Of a stretch of 64,000 nucleotides of DNA, positions 25,801-35,882 are shown piece by piece (within the stretch, counting starts at the first letter, position 1; the number at the start of each line of letters is the position of its first letter). The notes under the pieces were generated by a model that worked only from the letters and a program-made list of their open reading frames with translations, did not search any database and was not told the DNA's origin. The DNA comes from Rhizaria sp. SCN 62-66. Taxonomy: Eukaryota. Location: the NCBI GenBank assembly GCA_001724265.1, contig MEDY01000109.1, positions 1-64,000 of the forward strand, in the 5' to 3' direction. The position numbers and the translations under genes are program-made.

Positions 25801-27184
25801 GACGGGCGGTGCATCTGTTGTGACCGCTCATAGTAGTGGTGAGAGTGAGGAGCTGTGGGGCGAGGGCGTGGTCAGCGGCGCGCCATACTCACTGCCCTTC
25901 ATCACTGCAAAGCTTCTCGAGCAGCAGCAGCTCCCGAAGCCAGTGCAGCAGTGGCATGAGGTCAAGACGACGGCGAGCGCGCAGTCATCTGACTCACAGT
26001 TACAGGCGAGTTCTCAGCCGCAGCCAAAACTGGTGGGGTCTTCTGAAGAACTCGGCATCACTGTGTATGAAGGATATCATGACGTCAACGACGAGCACGA
26101 TAGTGAGACCAGCGGCGCGATTGCCCGCCACCGCGCTTCCCGCCAACAGCAGCAGCAGTCTCTCGCAGTGGTCAACGTCGCGCACAGTCTCTTCCGCAGC
26201 ACTGCTGCCCACGGTTACTCTGCTGCCCACGGTCACCTCGGGGCCCACGGTCACTCCGACTCGGCCGCGCACAGTCAGTCTCTGGCCGCCGCCGCACACA
26301 GCGGGCCAGAGCCACAGGGCCCGTGGCAGTGGGCGCTGCCGCGGCACCTCGCAGCGCTGCTGGCCGCGGCGGCGGAGGCAGACGCCACCTCGGCTTCCGC
26401 CGCGCTCGCTCTCGCGTTTGCATCACAGTTGCAGTCGCAGTCACCTGCGGGCTCACAGACAGGACAGAGTGGTGGTGCAGCGGGGGGAGCGAAGCCGTTT
26501 GGGCAAGACTTCTTCCTCGCGCGCCCGAAGGCCGCTGCGAACACGCTTGCGGTCACCGACGCGAGCGCTGGCCCGATCAGTGCGAATGCGAGCGCGGTTA
26601 TGACTGACTTTGCTGACAGCGCAAACGCCTCAGGTGAGGGCTTCAGTGCAGTCTCTTTTGCAAACCCGAAGTCTGTCGACTTTTCGGACCTCGGCGCGCT
26701 GCTGCGCATGGGCGCGGCTGCAGCGGCGGCGTCAGCTGCAGCGCCATCGTCTTCATCTTCATCACTCCCAACGGTAAATAACAGTGCTGATCCTGCTGCA
26801 CACAATAATAACATCAGTGTTAAGGGCATCACCCATGGCAACCACGAGAGCTTTCACAGTTGCTTCGACTCCGGCCTCGAGACCGCGCGCTCGCTGACTC
26901 CCGCCGCCGCCGCGCTCTCCGCCTCGGCGCGCGCGCTGCTGCCGCTAATCGGCGACCTGCCGCTTGCACAGTCACTCACGGCGCTCGCCGCGCTCTCCGC
27001 TTACAGGCCCGCCTCGGACTCTGGCAGCACTGTCGGCAACGGCGGCGCGGGGCCTGTCGGCAGTGCGTTTGTGGCTGCCGCGGGCGGGGCGGGGCCGCGG
27101 GCGCTGCGGGTGCGGCCCGCGGTGGTCGCGGCGTGCCGCGCGGCGGAGGCCGCTGTGGAGGCTGTGACGGGTCAGCAACAGTGA
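22853..27184 (+). CDS. Uncharacterised ~1440-aa Ala/Ser-rich protein; the proposed ATG start requires reading through a TAG at codon 6
   Basis: ORF 22958..27184 starts at TTG and its first internal Met is about 400 codons in. The in-frame ATG at 22853 gives MDNGS*QPTQGSNASAADASSSDSSQLLRDALAHALLSFPR, with TAG at 22868-22870. Ends TGA. Confidence 0.6.
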
Positions 27185-27502
27185 GTTCCGCTGCTCGCCG
27201 CAGAACTCACTGCTAAGAGCGATCTGAAACTACTGAAGTGCACTTCCACTCAGTCGAAGGCTATCTAGACTCACATTTTCTTATGCTTTTTATTTATTTA
27301 TTATTCAAACCACATTATTTATTGATTAATTCGTCGTCTTGTCCTGTCAAATTCAACAGAATACAAACGTCTTTCACGCACGTGACAGGCAACGACCAGG
27401 TGTAACCAAATTGTGTCTGTATTCCAGAGATTGACCTTGCTTAGGGATTACACATTAATACATAGCACATTGTATCAACTTCGAAACATGTCAATAACTG
27501 AT

Positions 27503-29157
27503 TCAATCGTCCTTGCTCTTCTTCTTCTTGGCGTCCTTTGTTTTCGTCACAACCACATCAGCCTTCGTAGCAACAGCATCCGCCGTCTTGGCATCAGCCG
27601 CCTTCGTCTTGTCATTCTTCAAAGACTTGATCATCTGGATAAGGTCCGCGCTCACCGCGTCAACGGGCGCTACCAGCGCGCGTACCGGCACCGCGACCGC
27701 GCCCACGGTCAGCGTCTTGTTCATCAAGTCGTTGGTGTCAACAAGCGCGACCACATCAGCATCAGCGTCACCCTCGCCGCCGTCGTTGCTGCCCGCGTCC
27801 ACAGCAGCCGCGGTGGCGGCGGCGTTCGCGGCAAATGCGGCGGCCGCGCTGTCGGTCTGCGCAGGCGCGGCGGTCTTGGCGGAGACGTACATGTAGAGGC
27901 CGACGCCGAGGAAGACAAGTACCATGCCGACGACAGCAGCGACTGTGGGCACGTTGCCGAACCAGATGATGCTACCGAGGGGGAGAGCGTAAAACAATAC
28001 GATCAGAAAAACGTGAGTTTATATGACAAATACATGAGCTTACGGTGTCAATGCTCTGTGCGGTGACACACTGTTTCAATTGTCAAGCATCAAGCAATAC
28101 TTAAAGATATGGCGAGTGGCATAGAACACATTGGAAGGGGTTTGCGAGCGACATACCTGGACACAATAACGCCGATGCGGCGCGTGACATTGCAGACCGA
28201 GTGCGTGAGCGGCGGGACCCGCATCATGACGGCGTACGACACCATGTTGTACACGAAGAAGGCGCCGGCGACAGTAAGCAGCCTCGTGAAAAACGCACAG
28301 CTCAGCAGCGCCGCCGCCGGGGTGACCGCCAGCGCGGCCAGCGCGCGGGAGACGGCCGCGGGCAGCAGCTGCGGCAGCGCGGCGGCGACAGGGGCGACGA
28401 CGGGGGCGAGCAGGGCCGGTGCAGCGATCGTGACGGGGGCCTCGGCGTAGAAGGCGGGGGCGACGGTACCGAAAAAGTCGTTGAGCGCGGGAAAGAGCGC
28501 GGGGTAACCAAAGAGCTGAGGCGCCTCGAGAGCGAGCCAAAGCGGCGCGGTGATGAGGAGGCTAGCCCAGGAGAGGAAGTAGTAGACGTTGACGCTGTTC
28601 AGGGGCTTGAGCGTGTTGCTGGCGATGAGTGTGCGGAGGACGAAGCAGACAGTCGAGGTGATCGCAAGCACAAAACCGGAGAGGGAAAACGCGGCGTCGC
28701 CGGTAGAGGTGAGCGCAACGCCGAGCACAATGGGGAGGATGGCGAGGTAGACGCCGAGCGGGAAACGCTTAGAGAAGAAGACCACGGACACGATGAGATT
28801 GATCAACGGGTCGGTGGACTTGAGCGTCTGCGCAAAGGAGATGGACACCTTGCCGTACGACATGTACGTCAGCAAAAAGCCGAGCGTTTGCGCGAGTGCA
28901 ATAGGGAGCGCCGGGCGCAGACCGACGAGTTTGCGCGCGTCCTGGTACGTCATCAGCGGGATAAAGTGGAAGAAGATGTACATGACGATGACGGAGAAAA
29001 GCATCGTAACGAGGAACATCGTGATGGGAAAGTTCCACACGGAAAGCACAGTCTTGGCCACGGTGTCGGAGACACTGGAAAAGACAGACCATGCCCCGAA
29101 GAGCATGATAAAGATCAATAAGCTCAGGAGCGTGAGCTTGCCGCTGCCTTGGCTCAT
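27503..29157 (-). CDS. Triose-phosphate/nucleotide-sugar transporter family (TPT/SLC35E-like), paralog 1; exons 29157-28157 and 27971-27503
   Basis: Motifs VSISFAQTLKSTDP, PIVLGVAL and PLTHSVCNVTRRIGVIVS|SIIWFGN, with about 10 hydrophobic segments. GTATGT...TAG intron. Ends TGA. Confidence 0.88.
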
Positions 29158-29897
29158 GACTCTGCAGAGCAAGCATACAAAAGAAGGATACCAGAAAGAA
29201 TATGAGCAATACAGGAAAGCTTATTAAAGGAGAGTTGATAATACTAATGTTAAAATTAAAAATGAGGACGACATTAACTTTGACGATCAATGAAGTGAGA
29301 TCCTGTGTATGGAAGTTAGTGGGCTCGGTCGCCATGCCGCGCGAACTCGAGCAAGAGCCAGAGGCAACTCGAAAAACGCACATAAATGCGGCTAGTACCA
29401 TGATACAAAACGATTGAGTTGACATGTTCCATTTAACTACACATACATTTTTTGTACACACTATACCTGCGTGTAATTCACAAATCCCTTGATTATCACC
29501 GTTGGGATCGACAAAAGCGTGGCGTGATTTCAAGTTAAGGCACATTTTGACTCCCATATATGTCAATAACTGCTTCAATTTCACGTGGATTCGAGAAAAT
29601 GACAAACATTCAGCACATGAAACACAACATGCTACGCTTACCTACCACACATTTATCATGTTCACACTGTCTCGCAACTTGAACATCCGGAGTTGCGACT
29701 GACAGATCTTACTGTATTGCGATTGGATAGTGCCGAAGCCGAGCTGTTAACAAAGAGGCGCAGCCTTATGGGACAAAATAGCAGATATGCCATGTTTAAA
29801 TACGGCTAAATATCAAAATGTGACATAAATAACGACAATAATTGACAATTTAAGCAACTACACTTTGTCGGTTTACCTTCGATAGACAATTGCTCGC

Positions 29898-31402
29898 TTA
29901 GGCGTGCTCCGACGTTGGCGCTTGAGATTCGGATGCTGCGGGTGTCACTGAGATAGCGTCAGAGGTAAGTTCAATCGCTTCGTCATCACGATCATCGGCA
30001 ACCCTCGCATACTGTCCATTCCTCTTGACTGTGCTGGCACTTGCACTACTCTCAGTTGCGGCCGTGGAGAGCGGCGAGTACTTGGCTTGCGCAGTGGCGA
30101 TGGCGTGCGCGTGCGACTGCACAGTGTAGAAATACGTGCCCACAAACACCGTGGTCATGCCGATGTATGACAGCCACGACACGGAGAGGCCAAACCACAG
30201 AATGCTGCGAAACAAATGGGAGACAATTACGGAGAGCAAATAAAAAGTGAATACGAGTAGCATGTCGAACCATGATTACAAATAACATCATTTGCACCTT
30301 TTGAACGAATTAACGCTGCCATTTTCACGATGCATTCGTGGACCAATAGCAGTGATTAATGAGCAACTCAATACTAAGATGATACGTATCATGTCAGAAG
30401 AGTGACGTACTTTGAGATAATGAGAACCGCCCTGCGCATGACGTTGCAGACCGAATGCGTAAGCGCACTCACCCGCATCAGCACAACGTATGACGCAATG
30501 TTATACAGCGCGAACGGTACGGCGACGAGGCACAACTTGCCAAGGAACACCGGGCTCATGAACACCACAGCGGGCGTTTTGGCGAGCGCAGTGCCTGCGA
30601 GCCACGCCACGGGGTGCGCGTGGTCATACAGCTCCGCAGACACGCCACCGAGCAGCGGCGTGAGCGGCGTGGCGTTGAAGAACAGCTGCGGCGCCTCGAG
30701 AAAGAGCCAGAACGGGACCGTGAGCGCGAGCGACAGCTTCGAGAGGTAATCGAAGACGTTGAAAGCGTCGAGCGGGCGCAACGTGTCCTTGGTGATGACG
30801 GCGCGGAGCACAAAGCACACGGTCGAGGTAAGCGCGAGCACCATGCCCAGCGCGTCGAAGCGCGCCTCGGCGACGGAGGTGAGCGCGACGCCGAACGCGA
30901 TAGGCGGCAGGGCTAGATAAACACCCCAGGGGAACGATTTGCCGAACAAGAGCACGGATAGCGCGAGGGTGATCAGCGTGTCGGCGGAGCGGATAATCTG
31001 GACGAAGGGGACCGAAACCTTGCTGTAAGCGACGTACGTCAGCACGTAGCCGAGCGACTGCGCGAACGCGATGATGAGGGAGCTGCGCAGTGAGACGAGC
31101 GCGGGCGCGTTTTGCTGCGGCGTTGCGCGGATGACGTGGAAGAGCAGCGCAAGCACGGCAATGGACGTTATTAGAGTGATGATAAACAGTGTGAGCGGAA
31201 ATGTCCAGCCACGCAGCACGACGCGCGCCGTGCCGTACGCGATGCTGGAGCAAAACGACCAGCAGAGGATCAACAGCGTTAACACTACACCTTCGCGGAC
31301 GCGGGGAGATAACAGAGCGTCAAAGCGCGAGACAGCGCTCACGGGGACATCAGTGGAGTCGCTCGCCGGAACATTGGATGCAGCGAAGGTCGTCGTGGCC
31401 AT
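29898..31402 (-). CDS. Triose-phosphate/nucleotide-sugar transporter family (TPT/SLC35E-like), paralog 2; exons 31402-30411 and 30204-29898
   Basis: Motifs VSVPFVQIIRSAD, PIAFGVALTS and ALTHSVCNVMRRAVLIIS|NILWFG. GTACGT...CAG intron at the same position as in paralog 1. Ends TAA. Confidence 0.88.
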
Positions 31403-32446
31403 GGAATCAGCGTGTATGACACGGCTGGTGTGCAGTTGATGATGGCGGGCACGGATCGACCCGGCCTGGTCGGCTTACGGGGACAGGGTCTGTCGGTTTC
31501 AGATTAAGCGCGGTTAAAAAGACAAGTAATGAACAGCTATGAAAACACAATGGCCATACCATGGTGAGATACTACATTGAATACGACGAGTTTGTGGTGT
31601 CCTAACTGTTGTTGTTGGAAACGCCGACGATGCGCATCGATCGGGATCAGACTCGCAAAGAATATTCATGAATACTTTCTGTTGATGCCTGTGCTATCAC
31701 TGACATGTTGGGTGATCTAATTCTACATACAAATACATCGACATAAACTCGTTTAACGATGGTTTCACGGCACTGCATATGTAAATAAGATTGCATGTCT
31801 GTGCCAGTTGATGCGTTTTGCGTTTGTGGTGGACTAGTGTTTTTACGAACAGCTGCTCTGGGCCCACGGTCACCTCTGATGACGGTCAGTTTAGGCGACG
31901 ACGCGTTGCGTGGTGGCCGTCGCCGTCGAGGAAATGCCTGCTCGTTCAATCTACCAGAGGCCATATGGATTATATGTTTGACGTATGAAGCGACGATGTA
32001 GCTCTGAACATTGACCTTTCATGCGCTGCTCGCTCGGAAGTACACATATAACGCTGTCATTGATGCCGCAACAAGCGCGCCTCAGGTCTTTGCCTCACTT
32101 CTGCGTTTCTTTCTTTTTCTCTCGCTCACTGATTCCTTTTCGCGATATATTTCGTAGGTTCGCACGGCCCTCGTTGCGTACTACAAACACGTTAGCTTTG
32201 TTAGTATGTCCAAGTTTGCCCAGCTCGTCTGCAAGTTCCCCCGCGTTTCTTCAGTCGTACGTCCAACCCTCCCTCCTCTCGCGGAATCTCCTCAACACTT
32301 TCACCTTTTTGCATAATATCCATACCGTATCGCTCTCGCCAGCTGCGCTCTAAAACTCACTCCATTATCAACCTATCCCCCACTCTTGTTCATGTCGCAA
32401 CTGTAACTACAACAACAAACCGCAGTCCACCATCTCTGCCCGCGCC

Positions 32447-33763
32447 ATGTCTGCCGCTTCCAACGCTAAGGCCACCCCGAGCCACAACACCGAGGCCACC
32501 CCGGCCGAGATCCGCGAGCGCTTCGCCAAGATGTCCGACGCCGAGATTGTCTCCCAGGTCGAGTCAGGCGCGATCCGCTTCTTCAACATCGAGCGCGACA
32601 TCGGCGACTCGACGCGCGCCGTCAAGGTGCGCCGCGACTACGTGCAGAAGAAGCTCGACAAGCCCGGCGTGCTCGACACGCTTCAGTACGAGCACTACAA
32701 CTACGAGGAAGTGCTCGGCCAGTGCTGCGAGAACGTTATCGGCGTGGTGCAGATCCCCGTCGGCGTCGCAGGCCCCATCGCCGTCGACGGCCATGAGTAC
32801 TTCCTGCCCATGGCCACCACCGAGGGCGCGCTTGTCGCCTCGGCCACGCGCGGCTGCAAGGCCATCCTCGAGTCCGGCGGCGCCTCCACGCAGGTGCTCC
32901 GCGACGGCATGACGCGCGCGCCCGTGCTCTCGGCCAACTCGGCCGCCGAGTGTGCCGAGGTCGCCCGCTGGCTCGAGGCCAACATCGACGACGTTAAGAC
33001 CGCCTTCAACTCGACGTCCAACTTCGCGCGCCTCCAGTCCGTGACGCCCTTTGTGGCCGGCCGCAACATCTTCCTGCGCTTCCGCGCCACCACGGGCGAC
33101 GGCATGGGCATGAACATGGTCGGCAAGGGCACCGATAAGGCGCTTTCGTTCCTGCTCGAGAAGTTCCCCCACCTCCGCGTCGTCGCGCTGTCCGGCAACG
33201 TATGCACCGACAAGAAGCCCTCCGCGATCAACTGGATCGAGGGCCGCGGCAAGTCGGTCGTCGCTGAGGCCGTGATCCCGCGCTCCGTCGTTGAGAAGAC
33301 GCTCAAGACGACCCCCGAGGCGATCGTCGAGGTCAACATCGCCAAGAACCTCGTTGGCTCCGCCATCGCTGGCTCCATCGGCGGCCAGAACGCGCACGCT
33401 AGCAACATCGTGACTGCGATGTACCTCGCGCTGGGCCAGGACCCCGCGCAGAACGTCGAGTCATCGACGTGCATGACGACGATGGAGATGACTGAGAGCG
33501 GTGACCTCTACGCCGCCGTGTCGATGCCCTCGATCGAGGTCGGCACCATTGGCGGCGGCACCATCCTCTCGCCCCAGTCGGCGTCCCTGCGTCTGCTCGG
33601 CGTCAAGGGCTCCGACGCCGCCGAGCCCGGCAAGAACGCGCGCCAGCTCGCGCGCCTTATCGCGTCCGGTGTGCTGGCCGGCGAGCTCTCGCTCATCGCC
33701 GCGCTGTCCTCGGGCCACCTCATCTCGGCACACATGGCGCTTAACCGCAAGCCCAAGGCGTAA
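32447..33763 (+). CDS. HMGR: Class I HMG-CoA reductase, catalytic domain only (soluble)
   Basis: Motifs CCENVIG, PMATTEGALVAS, GMTRAP, TGDGMGMNM, SGNVCTDKK, EVGTIGGGT, AGELSL and C-terminal HLISAHMALNR. Ends TAA. Confidence 0.97.
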   Translation: MSAASNAKATPSHNTEATPAEIRERFAKMSDAEIVSQVESGAIRFFNIERDIGDSTRAVKVRRDYVQKKLDKPGVLDTLQYEHYNYEEVLGQCCENVIGVVQIPVGVAGPIAVDGHEYFLPMATTEGALVASATRGCKAILESGGASTQVLRDGMTRAPVLSANSAAECAEVARWLEANIDDVKTAFNSTSNFARLQSVTPFVAGRNIFLRFRATTGDGMGMNMVGKGTDKALSFLLEKFPHLRVVALSGNVCTDKKPSAINWIEGRGKSVVAEAVIPRSVVEKTLKTTPEAIVEVNIAKNLVGSAIAGSIGGQNAHASNIVTAMYLALGQDPAQNVESSTCMTTMEMTESGDLYAAVSMPSIEVGTIGGGTILSPQSASLRLLGVKGSDAAEPGKNARQLARLIASGVLAGELSLIAALSSGHLISAHMALNRKPKA

Positions 33764-34348
33764 GTGTGTAGTCAGCTAGCTCGAGCTAAGCAACGACTTA
33801 CCTTACTCCTCGTCTAAGTGTCCCGACTCCCTGTCTCTCTCTGCGTCTATGAAGTATCCTCACTGTGTATAATACTGTTTAGGTCTGGACATTCACGCTA
33901 TTATGTCCTGCTACAGCTATTGTGCTATGCATTGCTACTTTCTGGTGATGGTGATACTGACGATGAAGTTTAACAACGACGGTGGTGATTTTCTGTAAAT
34001 GATACAATAACGATACGATACGTGCTGATGATACTGATGCAGACCATAATTCTAATTTGACAGCTTTAATAACAACAACAAAGATAACAATGATAATACA
34101 TTCTGTGCGAACCTTCCTTCACAACAGCTTAACTCGGATCTACGATGAAACGTCACTTGCGCTTGAATTAATTTGATTGCTCTATGTATTGGCCTCCTTG
34201 ATATGTGTATATCATCATCACTAAGTATCATTACAGTTGCAGCTTGCAACTCACAGTCACATCTTGAGCATTGTCTCAAGGCAGGTCCGTGTCCCAATGA
34301 GCAAAAAGAGAATCACATGAGCTATCTTTGTTGTTGCCCAGACGCTCT

Positions 34349-34949
34349 TCACATGATGTTGGCCTTCTTCATGATGCGGATAAACTCATCGTGATTAATC
34401 GCACCATCCTTGTCAAAGTCCATGAGGCGAATCATCTCGGCAAGCTCCTCATCCGTCGGCTTCTCACCGAGGTCATCGGCCACGGCGCGGAGCGATGAGA
34501 GCGTGACAGCGTCGACAGTGGGGTCGCGGAGGGCTTCCCAGGAGCGCTCGACCTCCTCGGGCCGGTCGCGCTCGGCGGCCTTGACGGCGATGATGGCGAG
34601 AAACTCGCTGAAGTCGAGCGTGCCGGACCCGTCGCGGTCGACGCTCGCGACGAGGCGCTTGACGTCGTCCTTGGTCGGCTCGAAGCCGAGCGCGCGGAGC
34701 GCCACCTTGAGCTCCTTCGGGTCGATGTTCTCGCTGCCGTCCGTGTCGAAGAGGTCGAAGGCTTCCTTGATGTCGACCTTCTGCGCAGGGGTCAGTTCGA
34801 GTTTGATCTAAGGAGAACACGAACAAAGCAAGCATTATGACAGAAAGTGAGTCAAGACAAAGCGGAGTGACAGGCACTCAGCAGTTAAAATAAGTCAGGG
34901 TGCGTGCTCGTACCTTCTGGGTGTTGTCTTTCTGGTTCTGGTAGGACAT
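34349..34949 (-). CDS. CETN: Centrin (caltractin); exons 34949-34914 and 34807-34349
   Basis: [43 protein letters not shown]-hands [13 protein letters not shown] and [14 protein letters not shown]-terminal RIMKKANIM. Ends TGA. Confidence 0.92.
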
Positions 34950-35882
34950 GGTTGATGTCTGTTTTGAAATAAACAATGTTTGGGTGACGTGGGGCGAGAC
35001 AGGGCGTGAGCAAGATGGAGTGTACGAGCAGTTACCAAAGGGGCTCAGCGTGATCTAGAACTGACATGGTTCCTGGCCACTTTAGAGAATATCTAAATAG
35101 TACAATGTCAAACAATAGCGTGTTCTAAACATAGTCGAATAACAGCTGAACCGGACGACGAGAGCATGTATATCCGATGCGTTTTGGGATGAGCCCATGG
35201 CACAGCAGGCAAGTCGAGACTGTGGGCGACGGTGCTGACGACTGGCGTGAAGCGATTCCGATTCGACCTGAATTTGACACAGAGCTGGCGACACGGTATG
35301 AAAATAAGTGATACCGAAAGATCACCAATGTGCTGCTCGTTCGGTGGAGCTTTTTTGTTTCTCACCCTGGTGCGCCGAATACTGCGTTGCACGCCGTCTT
35401 TTGGTTGGACGGAGAGTTGTAATGCCAGTCGTGGTGCTTTCAGCGTTTCACGCTGTATGCATTCTCCGACAGGGACAGTTCAAGCTGTGCTTCAACTATG
35501 CGACACAAAACACATCTTGTTTTATAACAACGGTGTATTTTCCTCGATTCGTCAGCGAACCCTGGTGCTAAGCCCGTGTTTCTCGTGGTCTTGCTCTCGT
35601 CATTCTTTTTGTGCGCCCAAATCGCACTCGAATCTCTCTGTCCCCGCTCCCGCTCACGCGTTCTCCCCCCATTTTATTATCTCCTACACTCCATACTTCC
35701 ACTTCGTAGGTCTCGCGTCTTCTACCGGCCTCTCCATCGCAGAAAGCCCACTCTTCGACTGCCTGTGGTTCGCCCAGCTCCCGAATCTCTCCGAGCCCCA
35801 GTGAGCCTTTCGCGCCGCTTTCTTCTTCTCTCCACCCCCCGCGACCCGCCTCCCGCCCCTCCGGCCCGTCTCTCGTCCTCCG

